Shown in pieces: positions 9,728 through 19,496 of a stretch of DNA of 64,000 bases (position 1 is the first letter of the stretch; every line of letters starts with the position of its first letter). The translations under genes were made by a program, and so were the position numbers. The DNA comes from Patescibacteria group bacterium (GTDB taxonomy: Bacteria; Patescibacteriota; Minisyncoccia; Phycocordibacterales; Phycocordibacteraceae). Below the pieces are notes generated by a model. That model searched no databases and was not told where the DNA came from. It was given only the letters and a program-made list of their open reading frames with translations. Where the stretch lies: the NCBI GenBank assembly GCA_040384705.1, contig JAZKIU010000001.1, forward strand, positions 229,675 to 293,674, in the 5' to 3' direction.

Positions 9728-12400
9728 ATGCAGTCAACGCGCTGGTACGCGCTCCCCAAGGAACAGGTCGAAGTGCAGCTCGAAGCGAGCGAGCATGGTC
9801 TCGCGTCGCTCACCGCGAAGGAGCGTCTCTTGAAATACGGAGCGAACGCGCTTCCGGAATCTAAGCCCGACGGCATTCTCATCATCTTCCTCCGTCAGTT
9901 CGCGAGCCCACTCATCTATATATTGCTCGGAGCCGCGGCAATCGTGTATTTCACCGAGGAACCAGTCGATGCATACATCATCCTGGCGATACTCTTCTTC
10001 AACGCCATCGTCGGGAGCATCCAGGAAGGGAAGGCGCAGAACACCCTGCGCGCACTTAAGTCGTACGCTACCACCGAAGCGACAGTGCTGCGCGATGGTC
10101 GCGAACTCCTCATTCCTGACCGCGAGGTCGTGCCGGGCGACATCCTCATCTTCTCCGAGGGCGGCAAAGTCGCCGCTGACGCACGCATACTTTCCGCGCG
10201 CGGCCTGCGCATAGACGAGTCCGCGCTCACCGGAGAATCGGAACCCGTCGAGAAGGATATCCATCCGCTTGCAGATACCGAACTCACCGTGGGTGACCAG
10301 CTGAACATGGCATTCAAGGGAACGAATGTCGTTGCGGGCACCGGCCAAGCGCTCGTGGTCGCGACGGGCACCAGCACCGTCCTCGGCTCCATCGCGAAGG
10401 AGCTCTCGGGCGTCGCCACCGAGATACCGCTCCAAGCGAGCATTCGCCGCCTCTCGAAGGCGATCATTGTAGTCGTCGCTATCATCAGCGCGCTCCTGTT
10501 CGTCCTCGGATACCTGAAGGGGCACCCTCCCGTTGAGATGTTCGCAACGGTCGTCACGCTTGCGGTCTCCATTATCCCCGAAGGCCTTCCCATCGTCATG
10601 ACGCTCGTGCTCGCGTCAGGCGTCTGGCGCATGAGCAAGCGCAACGCGCTCGTGAAGAACCTCCAGGCGGTCGAGGCGCTCGGTCAGGCGGCCGTGATTG
10701 CGGTGGATAAGACGGGGACCATCACGAAGAACGAGATGATAGTCCAGAAGGTATATGCGGAAGGGAAGCTCTTCGACGTCACGGGTGCCGGATACGCGCC
10801 CACGGGCGATGTGCTTATCGGCAACGCTTCGATAGTCGCAGCGAATCATCCCGAGCTTCTCTCTGCCGGGAAGATTGCTGCATATACCGCGACCGCGCGC
10901 GTGGTGTACGACGAAGAGCACAAGCTCTGGAGGGTTGCGGGCGACCCAACTGAAGCGGCGCTCATCGTGCTCGCTCGCAAGCTCGGGTTCCAAAAGGAAG
11001 ACCTTGAGCGCGAGTCGCCGCCCCTATTCGAGCTTCCGTTCACTTCGGAGCTTCGCTTCCACGCGGCGGTCCACGCGGGCGCACGCGGTGGTGCGCTTTC
11101 GGTAACGGGAGCGCCCGAGCACATCCTCGCGCGCTCAAGCATGGTGCGTGAGAACGGGAGCGAACACGCAATGACCGCGGAGAAGCGCGGCGAGCTCGAA
11201 GCGCTCATGCTCCGTCTCTCGGAAGACGGGTTCCGCGTGCTCGCGTACGCGGAACGCAACGGTGTGCATGAGGCGCTATCACCCGAGCACGTGGACAAGC
11301 TCACATTCCTCGGCTTCTTCGGGATACGCGATGGTTTGAAACCGGAGGTGCGCAGCGCGCTCCTTGCGGCGCATAACGCGGGAATAAAGGTGGTGATGAT
11401 AACGGGCGACCACGTCGCGACCGCGCGCGCGGTCGCTAAGGAGGCCGGCATATGGAACGAAGGGGACGGCGTGCTCACCGGAACCGAGATGGATGATATG
11501 GACGAGGCCACGCTCATCGATGCGCTTGCTTCAGTAACGGTGTTCGCGCGCGTCACGCCCGACCACAAGCTCCGCATTATCAAGGCGTACAGAGCCAAGG
11601 GTCTCACCATCGCGATGACGGGCGACGGCATTAATGACGCGCCGTCGCTTGTTGCAGCCGACCTTGGTGTCGCGATGGGGAAGATAGGGACGGAAGTCGC
11701 GAAGGAGGCGGCCGACATCGTGCTGCTCGATGACGACTTCGGCAGTATCGTCGCTGCGGTCGAAGAGGGTCGCGGCATATACCAGAGCATCCGTCGCGTC
11801 GCGCTGTATCTCTTCTCGACGTCTGCCGGCGAGACGCTTGCCATCACGGGAGCGCTCGTCGTCAGCTACCCGCTCCCCGTGCTCCCGGCACAGATAATCT
11901 GGCTCAACTTCGTGACCGACGGATTCCTCGATGTGGCGCTCGCGATGGAACCGAAAGAGAAGAACCTCATGGCGCGCAAATTCACCATGCCCGGCAAATA
12001 TCTTATCGATAAGTCGATGTTCCTGCGCATGGGACTCATGGCGACGACGATGGCGGTCGTCACGCTCGTGCTTTTCGGCATGCATCTCTCCGAAGGTCTC
12101 CCGAAGGCGCTCACCATCTCGCTTTCAGTACTCGCGGTGCTCCAGTGGTACAACGCCTGGAACTGCCGCTCCGAGACGCGTTCGATATTCTCCATGAACC
12201 CGTTCAGCAACCCATATCTCATCGGTGCAACGACGGTGGTCGTCATCCTCCAGATACTCGCGGTGTACACGCCGTTCCTCCAGGGAGTGCTCCACACCGT
12301 GCCGCTCTCGCTCGATGAGTGGAAGCTCGTTCTCGTCGCAGGACTTCCTATCATCGTCGTGGAAGAGATACGCAAGCTATTCGCGCGCATGGGTCGTTAA
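9728..12400 (+). CDS. P-type cation-transporting ATPase (type II-like, Ca2+/Mg2+ family)
   Basis: It carries the DKTGTIT phosphorylation motif and the GDGINDAPSL hinge. It has 10 TM helices and an N-terminal cation-ATPase domain. Confidence 0.9.
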   Translation: MQSTRWYALPKEQVEVQLEASEHGLASLTAKERLLKYGANALPESKPDGILIIFLRQFASPLIYILLGAAAIVYFTEEPVDAYIILAILFFNAIVGSIQEGKAQNTLRALKSYATTEATVLRDGRELLIPDREVVPGDILIFSEGGKVAADARILSARGLRIDESALTGESEPVEKDIHPLADTELTVGDQLNMAFKGTNVVAGTGQALVVATGTSTVLGSIAKELSGVATEIPLQASIRRLSKAIIVVVAIISALLFVLGYLKGHPPVEMFATVVTLAVSIIPEGLPIVMTLVLASGVWRMSKRNALVKNLQAVEALGQAAVIAVDKTGTITKNEMIVQKVYAEGKLFDVTGAGYAPTGDVLIGNASIVAANHPELLSAGKIAAYTATARVVYDEEHKLWRVAGDPTEAALIVLARKLGFQKEDLERESPPLFELPFTSELRFHAAVHAGARGGALSVTGAPEHILARSSMVRENGSEHAMTAEKRGELEALMLRLSEDGFRVLAYAERNGVHEALSPEHVDKLTFLGFFGIRDGLKPEVRSALLAAHNAGIKVVMITGDHVATARAVAKEAGIWNEGDGVLTGTEMDDMDEATLIDALASVTVFARVTPDHKLRIIKAYRAKGLTIAMTGDGINDAPSLVAADLGVAMGKIGTEVAKEAADIVLLDDDFGSIVAAVEEGRGIYQSIRRVALYLFSTSAGETLAITGALVVSYPLPVLPAQIIWLNFVTDGFLDVALAMEPKEKNLMARKFTMPGKYLIDKSMFLRMGLMATTMAVVTLVLFGMHLSEGLPKALTISLSVLAVLQWYNAWNCRSETRSIFSMNPFSNPYLIGATTVVVILQILAVYTPFLQGVLHTVPLSLDEWKLVLVAGLPIIVVEEIRKLFARMGR

Positions 12401-12435
12401 CTCGCACTTCACTATATATAGGAGAGTATGGGCGG

Positions 12436-13314
12436 ATGCGGAATCGTAATTTCGAACGTAAGTCGAAGATTCCACCGCAGAAGCAGGACATGCGTCCGGG
12501 AAGGACGATGCCCATGCAGCCTGCGCCCGAGGATAAGATGGAATGCTATGAGGGGAGCGGAAAGCTCACTGGTAAAGTAGCGCTGATTACGGGCGGTGAT
12601 AGCGGGATAGGACGAGCGACTGCGATAGCGTTCGCGAAGGAAGGCGCGTCAGTTGCCATCATCTATTTCAACGAGGACGATGACGCGAAGGAGACCGCGC
12701 ACCACATCGAGGACGTCGCGGGCGAAGGGCAGGTGACCTTGCTCCGCGCCGATATAGGGAAACCTGCAGTCGCGAAGCGGGTGGTGGAGCAGATAGTGAA
12801 GCGCCTCGGTGGGCTCGACATACTCGTGAACAACGCCGCCGAGCAGCATCCGCAGTCCTCCTTGCTCGATATCAGTCCCGAACAGCTCGAGCGCACCTTC
12901 CGCACGAACGTCTTCGGCATGTTCTATATGACCCAAGCTGCACTCCCGCACCTCAAGGCCGGAAGCGCCATCATCAATACGACATCGGTGACTGCATATA
13001 AGGGAAGCGCAGAGCTCATCGACTATTCTGCAACTAAGGGAGCGATAGTCGCGTTCACACGCTCCTTATCGCAATCGCTCGCAGAAAAGAAGATACGGGT
13101 GAACGCAGTCGCGCCCGGTCCCATATGGACGCCGCTCATCCCCTCGACGTTCTCGAAGGAGAAGGTGGGGAAGTTCGGGCAGGATACGACGCTAGGCCGC
13201 CCGGGGCAGCCGGATGAGATAGCACCTGCGTTCGTGTTCCTTGCGTCGGACGACTCCTCATATATGACGGGGCAGGTGCTTCATCCGAATGGGGGGACGA
13301 TAGTCAACGGTTAA
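12436..13314 (+). CDS. SDR-family oxidoreductase (YghA/YhdF general-stress type)
   Basis: It has the TGGDSGIGRA Rossmann motif, a YxxxK active site, and the N-terminal PPQKQ...YEGSGKL leader typical of YghA/YhdF. The start is trimmed to ATG 12436, which has a GGAGAG ribosome-binding site. Confidence 0.85.
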   Translation: MRNRNFERKSKIPPQKQDMRPGRTMPMQPAPEDKMECYEGSGKLTGKVALITGGDSGIGRATAIAFAKEGASVAIIYFNEDDDAKETAHHIEDVAGEGQVTLLRADIGKPAVAKRVVEQIVKRLGGLDILVNNAAEQHPQSSLLDISPEQLERTFRTNVFGMFYMTQAALPHLKAGSAIINTTSVTAYKGSAELIDYSATKGAIVAFTRSLSQSLAEKKIRVNAVAPGPIWTPLIPSTFSKEKVGKFGQDTTLGRPGQPDEIAPAFVFLASDDSSYMTGQVLHPNGGTIVNG

Positions 13315-13371
13315 TGCGGCCTTCATTGTGGTTGAGCTTTACTAACTCTCTTATCCACTAGCAATAACCGC

Positions 13372-13911
13372 ATGAAGAAATTTACCGTTGGAGTATTTGC
13401 CGCAAGAGAGGATGCGGAGAAAGCTATTAACCGCCTGCATAACGAGCTCACTATCCCGAACGAGGATATCTCCTACCTCTATCGCAACAGCGAGGGAGAG
13501 GTCAGGGAAGTGCATGCTGAACACATAGCGACCTCGACACCGGTCGAAGGCGCAGGAAAGGGCGCGGCAGTGGGAGGCGCGATAGGCGCGCTCGCAGGTA
13601 TCGCTGCGGTTGCAGGCGTCATCCCTGTAATTGGACCATTGTTCGCTGCAGGCCCGCTCGCCGTCGCGCTTGGCCTCACGGGCGCAGTGGGCACGACCGC
13701 TGCAGGAGCCATGACCGGAGCTGCCGCAGGCGGGCTCATCGGTGCGCTCGCGAACATGGGCATCGGCGAGGAGCGTGCCCAGCGCTACGCGGACCGCGTG
13801 AGTGCGGGCGACATACTTGTCGCAGCGTATGCGGACGAGGGCACCGATGTACAGTCCCTCCTTACGGACGCAGGAGCGCTTGAAACCGAGACATATAGCC
13901 TGAAGGTCTAA
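13372..13911 (+). CDS. YflT-like general stress protein with a glycine-zipper membrane segment (GSP17M family)
   Basis: The N-terminal VGVFAAREDAEKAINRL matches the YflT domain. A central Gly/Ala-rich glycine-zipper follows. The C-terminus carries ERAQRYADRVSAGDILVAAYAD. Confidence 0.75.
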   Translation: MKKFTVGVFAAREDAEKAINRLHNELTIPNEDISYLYRNSEGEVREVHAEHIATSTPVEGAGKGAAVGGAIGALAGIAAVAGVIPVIGPLFAAGPLAVALGLTGAVGTTAAGAMTGAAAGGLIGALANMGIGEERAQRYADRVSAGDILVAAYADEGTDVQSLLTDAGALETETYSLKV

Positions 13912-13943
13912 TAATCTCGTGAGTTCAGGGCGGCATAGATGAT

Positions 13944-16202
13944 ATGCTGGGTGCAATGAAACGGCGTATCATCGCGATCTCATTCCTGGCCGCCCTTATC
14001 GTCGCTCCGACTGCGCACGCGGCTACGACCGAGGAGTTGCTCTCCCTCATACATACGCTGCAGGCGGAGCTTTCTGCGCTTACAGCCAAGATAGCCACTA
14101 CGATTACGCCGCCTGTCATCACTCGCACGCTCGATGTTGGTGCGGAAGGAGCGGACGTAGTCGCGCTCCAGGCATACCTCAAGGCGCTCGGCTTCTATAC
14201 GCACCCGACAACGACGGGCTTCTTCGGTCCGGTCACGCAAGCGGCGGTCACTGCATACCAGCAAGCCAACGGACTTCCGGGGGTCGGCGCAGTCGGGCCA
14301 CTCACCATGGCGAAGCTAGCTGGAGTATCGCCAACTCCTCCGCCACCCGCGAATTACGTAGCTGATGCTCCGACGAAGAAGCCTGCTTCACGAGATCGAG
14401 GACACGGCGGGTCTGCTGCGGAGGAAACACCTATTCCTGTTACTCTCGCCACTCTCACACTTTCCGCTTCCACCATTGTCGAGAACAGTCCGGCGGACAC
14501 GGTCGTCGGTACGCTCCAGGGCACCACTACCGGCTCGACTCTTTCCCTCACCGACACGGCAGGCGGTCGCTTTAAGGTTGTGGGCGACGTCGTCATGACG
14601 GACTCGACCGTGACTGACTATGAGACGACGGCCTCGCACAACATCACCGTCCGCGAAACATACGCAGGCGCGACCAATACGCCGCTCGATACCATTCTCT
14701 CTATTACCGTCACGAACACTGCGGAGGGAACCCTTTCGGCGCTCACACTTTCCGCTGCAACGGTGCCTGAGAATAGCGCGGCCGATACGGTGGTGGGAAC
14801 CCTGCAAGGCACTACTACGGGCTCGACCCTCTCTCTCACCGACTCCGCGACCGGCCGCTTCAAGCTGGTAGCGGGAGTCATCTTGACTGATTCCGTCGCT
14901 ACCAATTACGAGAGCGCGACTTCACACAGTATTACCGTCCGTGAGACCTATGCGGAGGCCGCCAATTCACCACGCGATACCATACTCGCTATCACCGTTA
15001 CGAATGTCGCGGAAGGGACGCTCTCGGCTCTCACTCTTTCTGCTTCCACTATCGCGGAGAACAGCCCAGCGGACACGGTCGTCGGAACGCTCCAGAGCAC
15101 GACCACCGGCTCCACCCTCTCTCTCACTGACACTGCGAGCGGCCGCTTCAAGCTCGTCGGTGGGGTCATCCTTGCTGACTCTGTCGCTACCGACTATGAA
15201 GGTGCGACTTCCCACAACATCACTGTTCGTGAGACATATGCAGAAGCCTCCAACTCACCGCGCGATACCACGCTTGCCATCAGCGTGACCGATGTATACG
15301 AAGCAACCTCGGCCGCTCGCTGGCGCGTGCGTGTGTATGGCGCTCAAGGGCTCGATGGAACCACCGGAGCCGGGGCGCACTCGATTGCCGAACTGAAGTT
15401 CATGACGAGCGCAGGCGCAGGTGCGCAACCAACCACTGGTACTCCTATTTCAAGCAACGATGGCGGAGGCGGGGCAAAGGCTAATGCATTCGATGGCTCG
15501 AACTCGACGTATTGGTACGACGGCGCTAACGCTGACTCATGGCTCGGCTATACCTTCGACAGCGCAGTCGCCATCACCCACGTCAGCATGACCTCGCGCG
15601 ATTCGTTCTATCAGACCCCGAAGACATTCTTCGTTGAATATTCCACGAACGGCGGCTCGAGCTGGAATACGGCAGCGTACATCGTGTCGTCGAACTGGAC
15701 GGCAGCGGCCCAGACCAAGGTCGTATCGCTCGCAACCGCCTACCCAAGCAATGACCTGTCGGCGCTCGATGAGCCGGGCGGCTACCGCTATTGGGCAATA
15801 AAGGCGAAGAGCCCGGGTTCGTACGCTGGAAGCTTCAACGCGAATCAGACGGACATCCTGCTCAAGAGGAATGGCACGAGTATCGGGCCTGACCAGCATG
15901 CCAATCGTGGGCTCAATGCGACGGTGGTGAACTCGACGCCATTCAATAACGTCACCGGCGACAACTATTGGTACTTCGGCGCAGCAGACCAGTACGTGAT
16001 GGTCGACTTCGGGTACAAGCGCGTCGTCGACCAGGTGGGTGTGCTCGTGCGCAGCGGTTTCCCATCCCAAGCACTCCGGTACTACGAGGTATGGGCGGGC
16101 AACAGTGCCTTCACGCTCGCTTCCATGTCGCTCATCACGACCGTGGACGATAATACTGGTACGCCAACGGGAGGAACCGCGCATCTCTTCAGTATTCCTT
16201 AA
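13944..16202 (+). CDS. Secreted surface protein. It has a signal peptide, a PG_binding_1-like domain, three tandem 96-aa cadherin-like repeats, and two C-terminal F5/8 type C (discoidin)-like domains.
   Basis: The signal peptide is followed by ALQAYLKALGFYTHPTTTGFFGPVTQAAVTAYQQANGLPGVG, which is the peptidoglycan-binding motif. The repeat region is near-identical. The C-terminus has a carbohydrate-binding-like beta-sandwich. Confidence 0.8.
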   Translation: MLGAMKRRIIAISFLAALIVAPTAHAATTEELLSLIHTLQAELSALTAKIATTITPPVITRTLDVGAEGADVVALQAYLKALGFYTHPTTTGFFGPVTQAAVTAYQQANGLPGVGAVGPLTMAKLAGVSPTPPPPANYVADAPTKKPASRDRGHGGSAAEETPIPVTLATLTLSASTIVENSPADTVVGTLQGTTTGSTLSLTDTAGGRFKVVGDVVMTDSTVTDYETTASHNITVRETYAGATNTPLDTILSITVTNTAEGTLSALTLSAATVPENSAADTVVGTLQGTTTGSTLSLTDSATGRFKLVAGVILTDSVATNYESATSHSITVRETYAEAANSPRDTILAITVTNVAEGTLSALTLSASTIAENSPADTVVGTLQSTTTGSTLSLTDTASGRFKLVGGVILADSVATDYEGATSHNITVRETYAEASNSPRDTTLAISVTDVYEATSAARWRVRVYGAQGLDGTTGAGAHSIAELKFMTSAGAGAQPTTGTPISSNDGGGGAKANAFDGSNSTYWYDGANADSWLGYTFDSAVAITHVSMTSRDSFYQTPKTFFVEYSTNGGSSWNTAAYIVSSNWTAAAQTKVVSLATAYPSNDLSALDEPGGYRYWAIKAKSPGSYAGSFNANQTDILLKRNGTSIGPDQHANRGLNATVVNSTPFNNVTGDNYWYFGAADQYVMVDFGYKRVVDQVGVLVRSGFPSQALRYYEVWAGNSAFTLASMSLITTVDDNTGTPTGGTAHLFSIP
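14440..15305 (+). repeat. Three tandem copies of a 288-nt (96-aa) in-frame repeat inside the surface protein gene
   Basis: The motif ctcacactttccgct recurs at 14454 and 14742 with a 288-nt period. The protein repeat TLSASTIVENSPADTVVGTLQGTTTGSTLSLTD... recurs three times. Confidence 0.8.
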
Positions 16203-16236
16203 GGGTAGCGTTCTTCAGGAAAACTTTATCTTCGCT

Positions 16237-16261
16237 CCAGGCCCCGCAACGCGGGGTCTGG
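16237..16261 (+). terminator. Hairpin after the surface protein gene, with a weak T-tract
   Basis: CCAGGCCCCGC-AAC-GCGGGGTCTGG. Confidence 0.45.
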
Positions 16262-16273
16262 TAGTATCGGTGG

Positions 16274-17938
16274 ATGACCCAGAGCGAAGCCTTGCAAGTA
16301 CTCAAGACCGGAGCGAACGTTTTCCTTACCGGAGAGCCTGGTAGCGGCAAGACGCATACCATCAATGAGTACGTGAAGTGGCTACGCTCTCATGCAATCG
16401 AGCCATCCATCACGGCGTCGACCGGCATAGCAGCGACCCACATCCACGGCGTGACCATCCACTCCTGGAGCGGCATCGGCATCGCGGAACGCCTCACCGC
16501 GGACCTGCTTGAGCGCGTCTCGCAGAAGGAGCATGTGGTGAAGCGCATACAGCGCACGGACGTGCTCATCATCGACGAGGTCTCCATGCTTTCGGGCGAT
16601 GTCCTCACGATGGTGGACGCGGTCGCTAAAGAAGTCAGGCGCCGCGAGGAACCATTCGGCGGCATGCAGGTGGTGCTCGTGGGCGACTTCTTCCAGCTGC
16701 CTCCGATCGGGAAGGTGGGGCGGCCCTCGGCGTTCGCATTCGAGAGCCCGGCGTGGCCTGCGCTCAATCCGATCATCTGCTACCTGCATGAGCAGCATCG
16801 TCAGGAGGACGGGGCGTTCCTCGATCTCCTTGGCGCCATACGCACGAGCTCCTGGGACCACACGCACGTCTCGCTCATCACGGCGCGCGAGACCGACGGC
16901 GAAGGGCTCGATGAGGACATTCCCCAGTTGTATACGCATAACGCGGACGTAGACCGGATAAACGAAGGGAAGCTCGCAGCGCTTCCAGGCAACGGGAAGC
17001 GCTTCACGATGACCGGCCAAGGGGCTCCCATGCTCATCGAGGGCCTCAAGCGCGGCTGCCTCTCGCCTGAGACCCTCGTGCTCAAAGAAGGTGCGGTCGT
17101 GATGGCGACGAAGAACAATCCTATAGCGGGATACGCGAACGGTACGCTCGGTATCATTACTGGCTTCGAGCGCGGTACTAGCTATCCGATGATAGAGACA
17201 CGCGACGGAAGGGAAATAACGATAGCGCCCGCCGAGTGGGCGGTAGAGGAGGGCGGGAAGGCGCGCGCCAAGATAATGCAGGTGCCGCTCCGCCTCGCCT
17301 GGGCCATCACGGTGCATAAGAGCCAGGGAATGAGCATGGACGCAGCCGCTATGGACCTCTCACGTTCGTTCGAGTATGGACAAGGGTACGTAGCGCTCTC
17401 TCGCGTGCGTACGCTCGCCGGGCTCTCCCTTCTCGGCTGGAACGAGAACGCGCTCAATGTGCACCCGGGAGTGGCAACCAAGGATAAGCTCTTCCGCGAG
17501 CTATCCGAGCAAGCTGCCGTCGCGTTCGGTCTTCTAGAAGAGAGCGGAGAACGTACGACAATGGAGCAGAATTTCATAAAGGCATCAGGCGGCTCGCTCG
17601 AGGTGCGTGACGCATCCATCGCGAAAGTGAAGCGCAGCACGTATGACGAGACGTACGATCTCCTCAAGGAAGGGAAGACAATCAATGACATCAAGGCGCT
17701 GCGCGGGCTTACACTCGGCACCATTGCCGACCATCTGCAAAAGCTGAAGGAAGCAGGGCGGATAACTACAGACGAGGTACAGGATCTGCTTCCTGAAGCG
17801 ATCATCGACGGGCTCCCTAAGATATTCGTCGCCATGAAGGCGGTGGGGAGCGAGAAGCTTGCGCCGATATATTCAAAACTCAAGGGAAAGTATACGTACG
17901 ATGATTTGAAACTCGCACGTGTCGTCTACGAAGAATAA
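16274..17938 (+). CDS. PIF1/RecD-family ATP-dependent DNA helicase with a C-terminal helix-hairpin or HTH-like domain
   Basis: It has Walker A TGEPGSGKTH, Walker B DEVSML, and GDFFQLPPI motifs characteristic of the Pif1 family. The C-terminal roughly 100 aa form a helical domain. Confidence 0.8.
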   Translation: MTQSEALQVLKTGANVFLTGEPGSGKTHTINEYVKWLRSHAIEPSITASTGIAATHIHGVTIHSWSGIGIAERLTADLLERVSQKEHVVKRIQRTDVLIIDEVSMLSGDVLTMVDAVAKEVRRREEPFGGMQVVLVGDFFQLPPIGKVGRPSAFAFESPAWPALNPIICYLHEQHRQEDGAFLDLLGAIRTSSWDHTHVSLITARETDGEGLDEDIPQLYTHNADVDRINEGKLAALPGNGKRFTMTGQGAPMLIEGLKRGCLSPETLVLKEGAVVMATKNNPIAGYANGTLGIITGFERGTSYPMIETRDGREITIAPAEWAVEEGGKARAKIMQVPLRLAWAITVHKSQGMSMDAAAMDLSRSFEYGQGYVALSRVRTLAGLSLLGWNENALNVHPGVATKDKLFRELSEQAAVAFGLLEESGERTTMEQNFIKASGGSLEVRDASIAKVKRSTYDETYDLLKEGKTINDIKALRGLTLGTIADHLQKLKEAGRITTDEVQDLLPEAIIDGLPKIFVAMKAVGSEKLAPIYSKLKGKYTYDDLKLARVVYEE

Positions 17939-17975
17939 AAAGTCCGCCAGGGCCCGAGGGCGCCTGGCGGAGAAG
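17937..17975. terminator. Bidirectional terminator, with the purB side the stronger
   Basis: CCGCCAGGGCCCGAGGGCGCCTGGCGG is flanked by AAAA on the plus strand, which reads as a T-run on the minus strand. Confidence 0.6.
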
Positions 17976-17979
17976 TCGA

Positions 17980-19389
17980 TCACAGGATGGGTGCGGGATT
18001 GTAGCCGGCTGCCGCTCCATGGCGACTGATGACGAGGTCGGCGAAGTGCATGACCGTGTCCGCTTGGTCCTCCGCCAGGCCCGTATTCGGCACGATGAGG
18101 GCGTCTATCTCCTCGGCAGACAATGGGAAGGACGAATCCATCCCGAGAAGTCTGGAGAACACCGAAGCATCCTCGCCTTGCCGTATTCGCGTGAGAGCGG
18201 CCGTCGAGTAGCGCTTGATAAGTGCATGCGCGTCCTCGCGTCCCATTCCCTTGTCGATGGCGGCCATCAAGATGGCGGTTGTAGAAAGGAAGGGGAGTTC
18301 AGTCGCAAGTTCTCGCTCGATGATGGCCGGAAATACTGCCATCTCATCGAGCACGGTCATCGTCGCCTCGAAGAGTCCATCGAGTGCGAAGAACGCATCG
18401 CTTAGAAGGATGCGTCGCGGAACAGAGCAGCTCACGTCGCCCTCATACCACTGGTGACCCATGAGGCCGCTTGCCATGGTCACGTAGCCCGAAAGGATGT
18501 TCAGAAACCCGCCGATGCGCTCGCACGTCCGCATATTCATCTTGTGCGGCATTGCGGAGGAACCGGTCTGGCCCTCCTTGAACCCCTCGGTCACTTGGGA
18601 TTGGCCCGCCATGAGCCGCATCGTGCTGGCGAAGTTAGCCGGCGCAGACGCGAGCTGTGCTAGGGCCGCGACAACCATGAAGTCGAGGGAGCGAGGGTAG
18701 ACCTGGCCCACCGCGACGAGCGTGCGTCCGAAACCGAGATGCTCGCGCACCACGACTTCCAGTTGTAGAGCGTTATCCGTACCCAGGAGTGTTTGCATGT
18801 CCTGCTGGGTTCCCACGGGCCCTTTCATGCCCCGAAGCGGATAGGTCGCGATGATGGATTCCAGATGCTCGAACGCGCAGAGGAATTCCTCCATCCACAT
18901 CGCGAAGCGCTTGCCGAGCGTCGTGGCTTGCGCCGGCACGTTATGGGTCCGTCCGCATATGACCATCGCCTCGTATTCATTCGTCCGGTCTCGTAGTCGC
19001 CGCAGTATCGCGACGGCTCGATTCCGCACGAGCTCAAGGGAGCGGTGAATTTGCACCTGCTCGACGTTGTCGGTCAGGTCGCGTGACGTCATGGCTTCGT
19101 GGATATGCTGGCATCCTGCGAGCGCGTTGTACTCTTCGATACGCGCCTTCACGTCGTGTCGCAGAATGGCTTCTCGAGCAGCAATAGAGGCCAGGTCGAC
19201 GACCTCGACGTTCTTTTCGTACGCGATGATGTCGTCGTCCGAGATGTCTCGTCCAGCCGCGCGCTGGGCCTTAAGCACCGCAAGCCACAGGCGCCGCTCG
19301 GCGATTATCTTCCCGCGCGCTGACCAGATGGCCTTCATGGCTTCGCTCGCATACCGTTGAGCGAGCACGTTCTCGATGACTTCGGTCAT
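17980..19389 (-). CDS. purB: Adenylosuccinate lyase
   Basis: Full-length lyase_1 fold with fumarate-lyase signature regions. The start is trimmed to MTEVIENVLAQRYAS, which has a GGAAAGGA ribosome-binding site. Confidence 0.9.
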   Translation of the reverse strand: MTEVIENVLAQRYASEAMKAIWSARGKIIAERRLWLAVLKAQRAAGRDISDDDIIAYEKNVEVVDLASIAAREAILRHDVKARIEEYNALAGCQHIHEAMTSRDLTDNVEQVQIHRSLELVRNRAVAILRRLRDRTNEYEAMVICGRTHNVPAQATTLGKRFAMWMEEFLCAFEHLESIIATYPLRGMKGPVGTQQDMQTLLGTDNALQLEVVVREHLGFGRTLVAVGQVYPRSLDFMVVAALAQLASAPANFASTMRLMAGQSQVTEGFKEGQTGSSAMPHKMNMRTCERIGGFLNILSGYVTMASGLMGHQWYEGDVSCSVPRRILLSDAFFALDGLFEATMTVLDEMAVFPAIIERELATELPFLSTTAILMAAIDKGMGREDAHALIKRYSTAALTRIRQGEDASVFSRLLGMDSSFPLSAEEIDALIVPNTGLAEDQADTVMHFADLVISRHGAAAGYNPAPIL

Positions 19390-19496
19390 GATACCTATCC
19401 TTTCCCGTGTGCTTCCGGAAGTATTCCGGTTCCGCAGGGATAGTACCTTTTCCGAAATGTTTAGCAATCGCCCGTGTGAGGTACAATCAGTAGAAT

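Noticed and set aside
12319-12435. Upstream extensions of the SDR gene and the Bcp gene (12319 and 34589 starts)
   Set aside because: The extensions overlap the preceding genes and lack ribosome-binding sites. Homologues begin at the internal Met residues (MRNRNFERK with a GGAGAG ribosome-binding site, and MMPKVGETAPDF).
19447-19460. PurBox-like sequence TTTTCCGAAATG and a CTTCCGGAAG palindrome upstream of purB
   Set aside because: It is a partial match only. PurR-type PurBoxes are confined to Firmicutes, and nothing else suggests that lineage. It is most likely chance in a short promoter region.
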